Below are positions 1 through 9,579 of a stretch of 64,000 nt of DNA, in pieces. Source of the DNA: Nitrospirales bacterium (GTDB lineage Bacteria > Nitrospirota > Nitrospiria > Nitrospirales > UBA8639). The DNA is taken from NCBI GenBank assembly GCA_965212625.1, contig OZ243124.1:2007898-2071897 (forward strand), in the 5' to 3' direction. Position 1 is the stretch's first letter; each line of letters starts with the position of its first letter. The notes beneath the pieces are model-generated. The model was not told where the DNA came from and did not search any database. It saw nothing but the letters and a program-made list of their open reading frames with translations. The position numbers and the translations under genes were made by a program.

Positions 1-44
1 CGCGGCAGATCACCGGATGAGTCAATCGTTGTTGATGCTTCCGT

Positions 45-2789
45 GTGCGAAGGAAGGCTATCGATGTAAGCGAGAGCATGCCGACTGACGGAGAGAACGT
101 GACATCCAAAAATCCCATCACTCATACGGGGACGCACCCGGCCGGCGCCGTCTTTCATCGGTGTGCGCTGCAAGTGAACCCACGTCACTACGCGGGCACG
201 TTCCGCGGTCAGGAAACCGGCGGCGACACCGAGTCACACGCCAACGCCATCGTCGAAAAGGCCGTCGAACTCGGCGTTTCCGTGCTCGCCGTGACCGATC
301 ATAACAGCGTGAGTGACGTGCCTGCGTTTCGGAGTGCCGCCGAGGGTCGAGAGGTCACGATATTTCCCGGTTTTGAACTTTATTCCGCGGAGGGCGTTCA
401 CGTTCTTTGCATCTATCCCCAGGACACCGACGGAAGGGAACTCGAAAGGTTCCTCGGGGAGTTTGGGATCAGGCAAACCAGTCCTTCCTCGGCCCCGTCG
501 GACCATACTGTCGTCCAAATTCTCACAAAGGTCCAAACGCAAGAAGGCATTAGTGTCGTTGCACACGTCACCACCGACAAAGGACTCTTCAAGGTTCTTC
601 ACGGACAGGCGCGAATCAAGGCATGGCGGAGTGAAGAACTCCTGGCGATTCAGATTCCGGGACCCGTCAAGGACCTGCCCCAGGATATACGTCAGATTGT
701 CGAGAACAAGAACGGCGATTATCGACGCACTTCTGCGGCGGACAATCTGGGGGTTGCCGTGATCAATGCAAAGGACGTTGTGAAGCCGGAGGATTTGGAA
801 ATCCCTTCGGCCACGTGCTGGATCAAAATGTCCGACGTCAGCATTGAAGGCCTCCGGCAGGCTTTTCTCGATCCGGGATCAAGGATTCGGCTGGCGAGCG
901 ACCCCCCACTTGAAGAACATGCCGAACTGATGTCTTTGTCCTGGGAAGGCGGATTTCTTGACGGCACGGCCTTTCGCTTCAATCCGAACCTGAACGTGCT
1001 GATCGGCGGACGCGGCGCCGGCAAATCGACGATCGTTGAGAGCCTGCGGTACGTGCTCGGCTTGGAGCCCGTCGGAGAGGAAGCCCGTAAAGCCCGTGAC
1101 GGAATCGTTCGCCACGTGCTGCGAAGCGGGACGAAGATATCGCTGCTCATCCGCTCCCGTGGCCCGACGGAACGGGAGTACCGGATCGAACGAACCGTCC
1201 CAAATCCTCCCGTCGTGCGAGAAGAGCGCGGAGAAGTTTCCGGCTTGTTGCCGGAAGAGATCCTCCCTCGCGTTGAAGTCTATGGGCAGCACGAGATATC
1301 AGAACTCACCAGGAGTCGGGAAAAACTCACCCGTCTTCTCCATCGCTTCGTGAAGCAGGATGCTGATCTCGGCCGGCGCAAGGCCGACCTGCGCCGCTCC
1401 CTTGAGAAGACGAGGCGATCCATCCTTGACGTCAGGGCGGACCTCCGGCAAATCGATGAACGCTTGGCCGCCTTGCCGGGCGTGGAGGAGACGCTCAAGC
1501 GTTTTCGGGACGCCGGACTCGAAGGTCGCTTGCGTGAGCAGAGCCTGCTCGTTCGAGAGGAACGGGTGCTTGACTCGATCCCGGAACGTCTGGAACCCTT
1601 CCGCGAATGCCTGAATTTGCTTCGCCAGGAACTTCCCATCGACCGGCTCTTTCTGTCGCAGAAGTCACTGGCGGATTTGCCCGGCAAGGAAATCCTCGCA
1701 GGGGCCAATGCGATTCTGGAAAGTCTCAACGCCGATCTCGAAAAAGTGGTTCAACAACTCGAAACGGCGTTGCAGCATGCCGAGAATGGGTTGACCGGAG
1801 TCCGTTCCCGTTGGAATCAACGCAAAAGCGAGGTGCAGGACTCTTATCAGAAGATCCTGCGCGAACTTCAGAAATCGGCCGTTGACGCTGAAGAGTTCAT
1901 TCGCCTTCGGAGGAAAATCGAAGAACTGCGTCCGCTTCGCGAACGCCGGCCGCTTCTGGAACGGCTGGAAAAAGAGCACACAAGCAGGCGAAGCGCGTTG
2001 CTTGCGGAATGGGAGGACGTGAAAGCGGAAGAATTTCGGGGCTTGTACCGCGCCGCAAAGACGGTCAACAAGGAACTTCGCAACCACGTCGGCGTGACGG
2101 TGACCGCGGCGGGCAATCGGGAGCCGCTCTTCAACGTACTGAAAGCCAAAATTGGCGGACGCCTTTCTGAGGCAATCGACAAAGTTAAACAAGCATCTGA
2201 CCTTTCATTGCCGGAGTTCGTCCGGTGTTGCAAGACCGGAGCGAAGGCGGTCCACGAAACCTACGCAGTCCCGATGTCCCAGGCCGAACGCCTCGCCGGG
2301 GCGTCACCCGAGGTCTTCATGCACGTTGAAGAATTGGAGTTGCCGGCAACGACGGCAATACGTCTCAACACGGCCCCCGCCGGCGACCCACCGCAATGGC
2401 AAGCCCTTGAAGAACTCTCGACGGGTCAAAAGGCCACCGCGGTGCTACTGCTCCTGTTGCTGGAATCCGACGCACCGCTGATTGTTGATCAACCCGAGGA
2501 CGATCTCGACAACCGATTCATCACCGAAAGCATCATTCCCAGGATGCGTGAGGCAAAACGCAGGCGGCAGTTCGTCTTCTCCACCCATAACGCCAACGTC
2601 CCGGTGCTGGGCGACGCCGAGATGATTCTTGGGCTGACGGCCTCTGGCGGGCCGGAGGGAGTAACCGCGCGTATCGCGCCTGAGCATATCGGCTCAATCG
2701 ATGTACAGGACGTGCGGAAATTGATTGAAGAAGTCCTTGAAGGCGGCAAGGAAGCCTTCGAACGCCGTCGCCGCAAGTATGGATTTTGA
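45..2789 (+). CDS. PHP-domain phosphoesterase fused to an SMC/RecF-like ABC ATPase (possible single-gene defence protein)
   Basis: 914-aa ORF. N-terminal PHP-like motifs (HRCALQVNPRHY, LAVTDHNSV, VVAHV). Walker A GGRGAGKST, a long coiled-coil-like middle, then QKATAVLLLLLL...IVDQPEDDLD (signature/Walker B) and FSTHN. Start could be GTG 45 or ATG 78. Confidence 0.6.
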   Translation: MRRKAIDVSESMPTDGENVTSKNPITHTGTHPAGAVFHRCALQVNPRHYAGTFRGQETGGDTESHANAIVEKAVELGVSVLAVTDHNSVSDVPAFRSAAEGREVTIFPGFELYSAEGVHVLCIYPQDTDGRELERFLGEFGIRQTSPSSAPSDHTVVQILTKVQTQEGISVVAHVTTDKGLFKVLHGQARIKAWRSEELLAIQIPGPVKDLPQDIRQIVENKNGDYRRTSAADNLGVAVINAKDVVKPEDLEIPSATCWIKMSDVSIEGLRQAFLDPGSRIRLASDPPLEEHAELMSLSWEGGFLDGTAFRFNPNLNVLIGGRGAGKSTIVESLRYVLGLEPVGEEARKARDGIVRHVLRSGTKISLLIRSRGPTEREYRIERTVPNPPVVREERGEVSGLLPEEILPRVEVYGQHEISELTRSREKLTRLLHRFVKQDADLGRRKADLRRSLEKTRRSILDVRADLRQIDERLAALPGVEETLKRFRDAGLEGRLREQSLLVREERVLDSIPERLEPFRECLNLLRQELPIDRLFLSQKSLADLPGKEILAGANAILESLNADLEKVVQQLETALQHAENGLTGVRSRWNQRKSEVQDSYQKILRELQKSAVDAEEFIRLRRKIEELRPLRERRPLLERLEKEHTSRRSALLAEWEDVKAEEFRGLYRAAKTVNKELRNHVGVTVTAAGNREPLFNVLKAKIGGRLSEAIDKVKQASDLSLPEFVRCCKTGAKAVHETYAVPMSQAERLAGASPEVFMHVEELELPATTAIRLNTAPAGDPPQWQALEELSTGQKATAVLLLLLLESDAPLIVDQPEDDLDNRFITESIIPRMREAKRRRQFVFSTHNANVPVLGDAEMILGLTASGGPEGVTARIAPEHIGSIDVQDVRKLIEEVLEGGKEAFERRRRKYGF

Positions 2790-2797
2790 GGACGAGC

Positions 2798-4030
2798 ATG
2801 AACAGAACCGAATTGATGGAACGTATCCGCAACGGCGAAGACTCGATCTTGGAGTTCAAGCGAGCCGACGTCCGGAATGACGAGATCGCCAAGGAGTTGG
2901 TCGCGTTCCTCAATTTGGAGGGCGGCATCGTGCTGCTCGGCGTTGAGGACGACGGCGGCATTTCCGGCACGACGCGCGACGGCATGGAGGAGTGGGTCAG
3001 CGAACTCTGCCGCGTCAAGATCGAACCCCCGGTTATCCCGGTGCTTTCCTGGACCAGAGACGCCGAACCAGGTCGGCACGTGCTGGCGGTTCGCGTCTCA
3101 CTAGGACCGAACAAACCGTATGCACGGGTCCACAAGAACCGAAAGACGTACTACATCCGGGTCGGGAAAACGACGCGGGAGGCCAGCCGGGAGGAACTCG
3201 AACGCATGTTCCAGGCATCCGGCCGGCTCCACTATGGACTGAAACCGGTTCCCGGCGCCGACTTTGGGGTCTTGGACCTGCGCCGTCTGAAGGATTACTT
3301 CGTGCGCGTCACCAGCGGAACGGTCCCGAACGACGATGACGTGCTCGGCTGGGAGACGCTGCTGCGGAACCTGGACCTCATGACGACTGCCGCAGCAGGC
3401 CAGCACGTGGCAACCATTGATGGGCTGTTGCTGTTCGGCCGCACGCCCAGCCGCTTTCTTCCGCAATCGGGCGTGCGCGCCGTGTGTTATCCTGGGGTCG
3501 AACCCGACTACGCGACGCGCGCCGATGAGGATCTGCGAGGCGCCATGACTCCTCTGTGCGCCGCGGACGGCAGTCTCGTGGAATCCGGTCTTGTCGACCA
3601 GGCCTGGGACTTCATACGACGCAACACGACGCCGTCCGCCCGACTCGAAGGCGCGCGCCGTATCGACCGCTGGGATTTTCCCGAAGAAGTCGTGCGTGAG
3701 GCCGTAGGCAACGCCTTGGTCCACCGTGACTACAGTATCTCAGGTACCGACATCCTATTGGCCATCTACTCCAATCGTCTTGAAATCGTGAGTCCGGGGC
3801 GGCTGCCCAATACGGTGACGCCCAATGGCATGAAGGCGGGGATGCGTTACGCGCGCAATCAGACCATGGTCAACGTCATGCGTGATTATGGCTACGTTGA
3901 CGCGCGCGGCATGGGCGTGCGGAACAAGATCATTCCCGGAATGCGCGCACACAATGGCACCGAGCCAGACCTGATTGAGGAAGAACACCGCTTCATCGTC
4001 CGCCTGTGGAAGGAACCGGAATTCGCATGA
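2798..4030 (+). CDS. AlbA_2 (Schlafen-like DNA-binding) + HATPase_c_4 putative regulator, paralog 1
   Basis: ORF 2786-4030. ATG 2798 follows GAGGA. The N-terminus ELMERIRNGEDSILEFKRADV...LEGGIVLLGVEDDG is typical of AlbA_2. C-terminal NALVHRDYS...IVSPGRLPN is typical of HATPase_c_4. Its stop overlaps (ATGA) a DUF1156-like start. Confidence 0.6.
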   Translation: MNRTELMERIRNGEDSILEFKRADVRNDEIAKELVAFLNLEGGIVLLGVEDDGGISGTTRDGMEEWVSELCRVKIEPPVIPVLSWTRDAEPGRHVLAVRVSLGPNKPYARVHKNRKTYYIRVGKTTREASREELERMFQASGRLHYGLKPVPGADFGVLDLRRLKDYFVRVTSGTVPNDDDVLGWETLLRNLDLMTTAAAGQHVATIDGLLLFGRTPSRFLPQSGVRAVCYPGVEPDYATRADEDLRGAMTPLCAADGSLVESGLVDQAWDFIRRNTTPSARLEGARRIDRWDFPEEVVREAVGNALVHRDYSISGTDILLAIYSNRLEIVSPGRLPNTVTPNGMKAGMRYARNQTMVNVMRDYGYVDARGMGVRNKIIPGMRAHNGTEPDLIEEEHRFIVRLWKEPEFA

Positions 4031-4202
4031 TTCCCAAGGAGTGCAAGCGGCCGGCGGAGGTGGATTGTCCCATTGCCGTGGCGTTGAAACTCGTCAACGA
4101 ATCAGCGTCGGCGCATGAGAGGCGCCCTGTGTAGCGCCGCGTCTCACGCGGCGGGTGATCAGGGCAAGGGGTGTCGGGGTCGGCGCATGAGATGCGCCGC
4201 TA
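3961..4202 (+). repeat. Direct repeat copy 1 (242 bp): 3' end of the AlbA_2 gene + DUF1156 5' stub + triple GC hairpin block
   Basis: Aligns without indels to 5744-5985 (offset 1783 bp). The last ~90 bp are identical and contain three hairpins (ggcgcATGAGAGgcgcc, cgccgcgTCTCAcgcggcg, ggcgcaTGAGAtgcgcc). Confidence 0.85.
4027..4134 (+). pseudogene. Truncated 5' remnant of a DUF1156 methyltransferase gene
   Basis: MIPKECKRPAEVDCPIAVALKLVNES...* compared with the intact gene start at 6198, MIPTDCKRLAEVDFPIAVVSKHAARE. Stops after 35 codons. Confidence 0.7.
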
Positions 4203-4386
4203 CAAGTGTTTCCCTCTCCCTCCGGGAGAGGGCCATTCTCAAACTGAGATCCTGCCTGCTCAATCAAAGGGGAAGAGGGGACGATGGTTGACCATAGAAC
4301 GACGGATTCACACGCATCTCAACGTGGTCGTCTCCCTGCCTTGGAAACTGCTTGCTCAATGCGGTCCCTACCGACATAATGCGGAC

Positions 4387-4509
4387 ATGTCGGTCCAGAT
4401 CACCATACGAGGCGTCCCCGAGGACGTGCGCGACGAACTACGGCGCATGGCCCGTCTATCGCGACGACCGCGAAGGGAACCCCCATCCTGTCATTCCCGC
4501 AGCTTCTAG
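4387..4509 (+). pseudogene. Possible ribbon-helix-helix (VapB/FitA-like) antitoxin N-terminal fragment running into a REP element
   Basis: MSVQITIRGVPEDVRDELRRMA resembles RHH antitoxin N-termini. The remainder is low complexity and ends in gtcattcccgc...gcgggaatcc. Confidence 0.3.
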
Positions 4510-4574
4510 CGGGAATCCACAAAAAAGGAAAATCTTATGAATGTGTGTCGAAAAATCCAGGATGGAGGGTGATC

Positions 4575-5813
4575 GTGAACGAGGTCGAATTGACGGAACT
4601 GATCCGCAACGGTGAAAACTCGGGCGTCGAGTTCAAGCGGGACGATATCCATCCCGAGTCCATGGCAAAAGAGATGTCCGCCCTGCTCAATTTCGAGGGC
4701 GGCCTCATTTTGCTGGGAGTGGACGACGACGGTTGCATCTCCGGCTTGACGAAGAGTCGGCAGGAAGCCGAGCGATGGGTCATGGAAATCGCGCGCACGC
4801 ACGTGCAGCCGGACTTCATCCCGTCCTGGTGTTCCGTCATCCTTGACGGCAGCAAATGCGTGGGGGTCATCCGGGTCGGAGCGGATGGCCCGGGCAAACC
4901 CTACAAGGCCAAGCGCGGTTCCAACTGGGTGACGTTCGTGCGCGTCGGCAGCACGTCAAGAGAAGCGACCCGGGATGAAGAGGGTCGATTGTATCAGGCC
5001 GGCCGGCTGATGCGGTACGAGATCAAGCCCGTGCTTGATACGGGCCTGGACAGTCTCGATCGGGATCGGCTCAGCAACTATTTCCGGGTGCCGTTGAAGC
5101 GCGATGCGCCGCCCGTGACCGACCATGAAGCGTGGCGTCGGTTGCTCGTGAATACCGGCTTGCTTGTTGAGGCAGCGGGAACGACGGCCGCCACCGTCGC
5201 CGGATTGCTGCTGTTCGGCGAACACCCGAATCGCCGCGTGCCGCAGGCCGGGATCACGGCGACGGCCTTTCCCCGCACCGACAAGGACTACGATACGGTT
5301 GATGAGGAAGTGATTCGTGGCCCGCTTGTCTCGATCATGTCGGAACGCGGGCGTGCCGAGGACAAGGGCGTCATCGACCGCGCCGTGGACTTCGTCGCCC
5401 GCAACCTGCATACCGTCGCGTGGCTTGACGGCGGGCGACGACTACGGAAGAAGGCGTTGCCCCTGGAGGCGGTTCGGGAAGCGATCGCCAACGCCGTCAC
5501 CCACAGGGACTACACGCTGACGGGCACGGACGTCGAAGTGTCCGTATACCGCGACCGCCTCGAAGTCATCTCCCCGGGACGGTTGCCCAACAGCGTGACG
5601 GTCGCCAAGATGCGCGAAGGCGTGTTGCGCGTCTCCAGAAACGAACTCGTCAAGGACGTGCTGCGCGATTACGGCTACGTGGAACATCTCGGCATGGGCG
5701 TGCGCAACAGAATCATCGGAGCCATGCGCGAGCACAACGGCACCGAGCCCGACCTGATAGAAGAAGAACACCGCTTCATCGTCCGCCTGTGGAAAAAGCC
5801 AGAATCCGAATGA
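4575..5813 (+). CDS. AlbA_2 + HATPase_c_4 putative regulator, paralog 2
   Basis: ORF 4545-5813. GTG 4575 is preceded by GGAGGG. Same architecture as 2798-4030, roughly 50% identity by eye in the N-terminal part and near identity over the last ~30 aa. Confidence 0.6.
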   Translation: MNEVELTELIRNGENSGVEFKRDDIHPESMAKEMSALLNFEGGLILLGVDDDGCISGLTKSRQEAERWVMEIARTHVQPDFIPSWCSVILDGSKCVGVIRVGADGPGKPYKAKRGSNWVTFVRVGSTSREATRDEEGRLYQAGRLMRYEIKPVLDTGLDSLDRDRLSNYFRVPLKRDAPPVTDHEAWRRLLVNTGLLVEAAGTTAATVAGLLLFGEHPNRRVPQAGITATAFPRTDKDYDTVDEEVIRGPLVSIMSERGRAEDKGVIDRAVDFVARNLHTVAWLDGGRRLRKKALPLEAVREAIANAVTHRDYTLTGTDVEVSVYRDRLEVISPGRLPNSVTVAKMREGVLRVSRNELVKDVLRDYGYVEHLGMGVRNRIIGAMREHNGTEPDLIEEEHRFIVRLWKKPESE

Positions 5814-5985
5814 TTCCCAAGAAGTGCAAGCGGCCGGCGGAGGTAGATTGTCCGATTGCCGTGGCGTCGAACCCCGTCAACGAGTCAGCGTCAGCGCATG
5901 AGAGGCGCCCTGTGTAGCGCCGCGTCTCACGCGGCGGGTGATCAGGGCAAGGGGTGTCGGGGTCGGCGCATGAGATGCGCCGCTA
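5744..5985 (+). repeat. Direct repeat copy 2 of the AlbA_2-3'/DUF1156-stub/hairpin block
   Basis: See 3961-4202. Confidence 0.85.
5810..5917 (+). pseudogene. Second truncated 5' remnant of a DUF1156 methyltransferase gene
   Basis: MIPKKCKRPAEVDCPIAVASNPVNES...*. ATGA overlap with the upstream stop, as in copy 1. Confidence 0.7.
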
Positions 5986-5989
5986 CGGG

Positions 5990-6160
5990 TGTTTTCCTTT
6001 CCCTCCGGGCGAGGGAACAGGGGGGGGCCGAGTGTTTCCCTCTCCCTTCGGGAGCGGACCAGGGTGAGGGTGAAACATGTCGCCGGTGTCTTGAATGCGG
6101 TTCCGAGTATTTCCCTCTCCCCTGGCGGGAGAGGGCCAGGGTGAGGGGGGCTGAAGCGAA
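5990..6160. repeat. Cluster of three REP-like palindromes (ccctctccc-N-gggagaggg followed by ggtgaggg)
   Basis: The same motif recurs at about 4209-4235, 44535-44590, 45805-45900 and 51774-51820. Confidence 0.8.
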
Positions 6161-6197
6161 GTCGTGCGCTTGAGCGGCATGCATTGGAGGTGAACCC

Positions 6198-9194
6198 GTG
6201 ATACCGACAGACTGTAAGCGGCTGGCCGAAGTGGATTTTCCGATTGCGGTGGTGTCGAAGCACGCGGCACGGGAGAAGTCGATTCGGCATGGGCATCCGT
6301 CCACGCTGCATTTGTGGTGGGCGCGGCGGCCGTTGGCGTCGTGTCGGGCGGTGTTGTTGGCGTTGCTGTTGCCGGACCCGGGCGATTCGGCCTGTCCTGA
6401 GGACTTCAAGAGGCAGGCGCGTGAACTGCTGCCGAAGACGTCAGGGCCGGTGGGAGACGGCGACCGGGAGTTGCGGGCGAAGTTGTTGAAGTTTATCGGC
6501 GACTTTGCGAATTGGGACCACGCGGGGAAAGCCGCGTATCTGGAAGTTGGCCGCGGTCTGGTGCGGGCTGCTCACGGGGAGGAGGTGCCGTTGGTGGTGG
6601 ACCCCTTTGCCGGGGGCGGGTCGATTCCGCTGGAGGCGTTGCGGTTGGGGTGCGAGGCGTTTGCCAGTGACTTGAATCCGGTCGCCTGCCTGATTCTCAA
6701 GGTGATGCTGGAGGATATTCCCCGCCATGGGCCGGGGCTGGCTGAGGAGTTGCGCAAGGTCGGCGGGGAGATCAAGGCCGCGGCGGAAAGGGAGTTGGCC
6801 GACCTGTATCCCGCAGACCGGGATGGGGCGACGCCGATTGCCTATCTGTGGGCGCGCACGGTGCGGTGTGAGTCCCCGAACTGCGGGGCGGAGATTCCGC
6901 TGATGCGCTCGTTCTGGTTGTGCAAGAAGCCGACACGCAAGCGGGCGCTGCGTCCGAAGGTGGTGCGGCCCAAGGGGAAGCCGCCGTGCGTCGAGTTCGA
7001 GGTATTCGAGCCGGAGGGTGACGGGGAGGTGCGCACGGGCACGGTCACGCGGGCCAAGGCGTCCTGCTTGTGCTGCGGGATCGTCCTGCCGCCGGAGCGG
7101 GTGCGGGCGCAGTTGGCCGAGGAGCGCGGCGGCGCGGAAGTGATCTTCGACGGCAAGGGCAAGCGCATCGGCGGCGCGCGCATGACTGCGGTGGTGACGC
7201 TGAAGCCGGGTGAGACGGGCCGCCATTACCGGCTGCCCACGGATGCCGATTACGCGACGGTGCGCAAGGCGCAGAAGCGGCTTGCCGAAATTCTCGGCGA
7301 GTGGGAGCAGGGCGGGAAGCAGGGGCTGTGTCCGGTGCCGGATGAGCCGCTGCCGCCGATTGGTACGTTGGGCTTTCGCGTGCAGCGGTACGGGATGCTG
7401 CACTGGGGCGATCTGTTCTCGGCGCGGCAGAAGGTGGCGTTGGTATTGATGAACCGATGGATTGCTAAGGAATCTAGGAACAAGAATGTTTCACGCGCTT
7501 TAGCCTGCTTCATGGGGCGCTCTGCAGATAAATATGCCTCCTTGGTTGTTTGGAATAATATCGGTGAAAAAGTAGAACATGTGTTTGGCAGGCAAGCGTT
7601 ACCAATGGTTTGGGACTTCTGCGAAGCGAATCTCTTTTCCTTGGGGACTGGCGGATTTGACAGCAATCTGAATTGGATAAAGCAAGTCGTCGAAAAATCG
7701 ACAGGGTTTGAATTCACTGGTCAAATCCAACCCGCAGACGCCACCCAACACCCGCTTCCCGACCAAGCCGCCGGCGTTTGGTTTACCGACCCGCCCTACT
7801 ACGACGCGATTCCATATTCGGACCTTTCCGACTTCTTCCTTGTCTGGCTCAAGCGTGTCCTGCCCAATCACCCGTTGTTACGGGACTCCTTCGACCCAGC
7901 CAACCCGCTGTCACCCAAGGACCGCGAAGCGGTGCAGGACGAAACCAAGAAATGCGACGGTCGCGTCAAGGATCGAGCATTCTTCGAGGACACGATGGGT
8001 GGGGCCTTCGCCGAAGGTCGTCGTGTGTTGAGCGAGGACGGGGTTGGCTCCGTGGTCTTCGCTCACAAGACCACCGAAGGCTGGGAGGCGTTGCTCTCCG
8101 GTATGATCCACGGTGGCTGGACCATCACCGGGTCCTGGCCTATCGCTACCGAAATGGGTTCGCGCCTTCGCGCCCGTGACTCCGCCGCGCTTGCCACCAG
8201 TGTCCACCTCGTCTGCCGGCCCCGTCCCGTCAACGCGCCGGTCGGCGATTGGGCCGCTGTTCTGCGTGAGTTGCCGACCCGCGTGGGCGACTGGATGGAA
8301 CGGCTGCAAGGCGAAGGCGTGCGGGGTGCGGACTTGGTGTTCGCCTGCATCGGCCCGGCCCTGGAGATATTCAGCCGGTACCGCGCCGTCGAAACCGTGG
8401 AAGGCCGCGAGGTGGGTCTGTCCGAGTATTTGGAGAGGGTCTGGGAAGTCGTCGGCCGCACGGCTTTGGAACAGGTGCTCGGCACTGCCGAGGCAAAGGC
8501 ACGCAACGGTGCGGCCGGGGCCGTTGAAGAGGATGCCCGGCTCACGGCTTTGTTTCTCTGGACGTTGCAGGCTACCGACGGACAGCACGGCGTGAACGGC
8601 AGTTCCGGTGAGAACGGCGAAGCGGATTCCGGGGACGAGGACGACGACGAAGCCGCGCCGCAAGGCAAGACGAAGGGCTACAGCTTGGTGTTCGACGTGG
8701 TGCGCCGTTTCGCGCAGCCCCTGGGCATTGACCTTCCCAAGTGGGAAGGCCGGATCGTCGAAACGAAGAAGGGCATCGTGCGCTTGCTGGCCGTGGCCGA
8801 ACGCGCTACGCAACTGTTTGGCGAGGACGGAGCCGAGGCCGCTGCCGTCTGGATCGAACGCGACCCCGAGCAAAGCCTTCAGCAAGTGCTGTTCCCGGAA
8901 ACGGAGCACACCCACGCGCCCAACGCCCGCAAGCGCGGCCGGCGTGGGAAGGCGGTCATGGACCCCGACGCAGAGCTTGTGGGCGACCGGCAGGCCACAA
9001 CGTTGGACCGCGTCCACGCGGCCATGCTCTTTCAGGCCGGCGGCCGGACCCACGCCCTGCGCAATCTTCTCAAAGCCGAGCAGGACCGCGGCCCGGATTT
9101 CCTTCGTCTTGCCAATGCCCTGTCCGCCTTGTACCCTTCGCCCAGCGAGGAAAAACGCCTCCTTGACGCCATGCTCCTGGCCGTGCCCAAGTGA
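6198..9194 (+). CDS. DUF1156-family DNA amino-methyltransferase
   Basis: 998 aa. N-terminus CKRLAEVDFPIAVVSKHAAREKSIRHGHPSTLHLWWARRP is the DUF1156 signature as I recall it. SAM motif I VVDPFAGGGSIPLEA and catalytic motif IV FTDPPYYD. Confidence 0.75.
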   Translation: MIPTDCKRLAEVDFPIAVVSKHAAREKSIRHGHPSTLHLWWARRPLASCRAVLLALLLPDPGDSACPEDFKRQARELLPKTSGPVGDGDRELRAKLLKFIGDFANWDHAGKAAYLEVGRGLVRAAHGEEVPLVVDPFAGGGSIPLEALRLGCEAFASDLNPVACLILKVMLEDIPRHGPGLAEELRKVGGEIKAAAERELADLYPADRDGATPIAYLWARTVRCESPNCGAEIPLMRSFWLCKKPTRKRALRPKVVRPKGKPPCVEFEVFEPEGDGEVRTGTVTRAKASCLCCGIVLPPERVRAQLAEERGGAEVIFDGKGKRIGGARMTAVVTLKPGETGRHYRLPTDADYATVRKAQKRLAEILGEWEQGGKQGLCPVPDEPLPPIGTLGFRVQRYGMLHWGDLFSARQKVALVLMNRWIAKESRNKNVSRALACFMGRSADKYASLVVWNNIGEKVEHVFGRQALPMVWDFCEANLFSLGTGGFDSNLNWIKQVVEKSTGFEFTGQIQPADATQHPLPDQAAGVWFTDPPYYDAIPYSDLSDFFLVWLKRVLPNHPLLRDSFDPANPLSPKDREAVQDETKKCDGRVKDRAFFEDTMGGAFAEGRRVLSEDGVGSVVFAHKTTEGWEALLSGMIHGGWTITGSWPIATEMGSRLRARDSAALATSVHLVCRPRPVNAPVGDWAAVLRELPTRVGDWMERLQGEGVRGADLVFACIGPALEIFSRYRAVETVEGREVGLSEYLERVWEVVGRTALEQVLGTAEAKARNGAAGAVEEDARLTALFLWTLQATDGQHGVNGSSGENGEADSGDEDDDEAAPQGKTKGYSLVFDVVRRFAQPLGIDLPKWEGRIVETKKGIVRLLAVAERATQLFGEDGAEAAAVWIERDPEQSLQQVLFPETEHTHAPNARKRGRRGKAVMDPDAELVGDRQATTLDRVHAAMLFQAGGRTHALRNLLKAEQDRGPDFLRLANALSALYPSPSEEKRLLDAMLLAVPK

Positions 9195-9223
9195 CGGCCC
9201 ATTCACGCACGATTAAACGCCCC

Positions 9224-9343
9224 ATGAATGCGATGTACGTCATGGTAGCCTACCGAGAATGTCGCGAGACGGATGGTTTCATCTTGACGGCCTCCTTGAG
9301 CAGCCGACCATCATCAAGGAGAAGAATCGTATGGAAGCGTTGA
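9224..9343 (+). pseudogene. Possible C-terminal remnant of a DUF4258-type toxin
   Basis: 39-codon ORF MNAMYVMVAYRECRETDGFILTASL..., overlapping the start of the DUF2283 gene in the usual toxin-then-antitoxin arrangement. The N-terminal part is missing. Confidence 0.3.
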
Positions 9344-9579
9344 GAATTCTCGAGAGCACGCACAACGTGGGCTGGGATTACGACGGAGAGGCAGACGTCC
9401 TGTACATCTCCGTTGATTCGCCGAAACCCGCAGTAGGCGTTGATATTGGAGAGGGTGTCGTTGTCCGATACGATGAGGTCCGCGGTGAAGTCGTCGGACT
9501 CTCAATCGTGGGAATCCGTGAGAAAATGCTGCGGGAGCTCTCATCCCCCCTGCGACATGAGCCGTGGGGCGTGGGGTGA
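9331..9579 (+). CDS. DUF2283-family protein (antitoxin-like)
   Basis: ATG 9331 follows AGGAG. GWDYDGEADVLYISVD...GEGVVVRYDE.GEVVGLSIVG matches the DUF2283 pattern. The last ~8 codons come from the adjacent tandem repeat. Confidence 0.6.
   Translation: MEALRILESTHNVGWDYDGEADVLYISVDSPKPAVGVDIGEGVVVRYDEVRGEVVGLSIVGIREKMLRELSSPLRHEPWGVG

Noticed and set aside
5856-6409. Several overlapping ORFs (5856-6173 +, 5877-6311 -, 5942-6409 -, 5983-6270 -) upstream of and overlapping the DUF1156 start
   Set aside because: They lie on the REP cluster and on the antisense strand of a well-supported gene, and they are low-complexity Pro/Gly/Arg-rich products typical of GC-rich shadow frames.
7911-9206. Long antisense or overlapping ORFs inside large genes: 7911-9206 -, 6441-7403 -, 14952-16025 -, 21641-22837 +, 29953-30906 -, 41752-43050 +, 43850-44785 -, 55455-56108 -
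   Set aside because: Each is fully embedded opposite a CDS with clear family motifs. High GC suppresses stop codons in off-frames, and none shows a recognisable motif.
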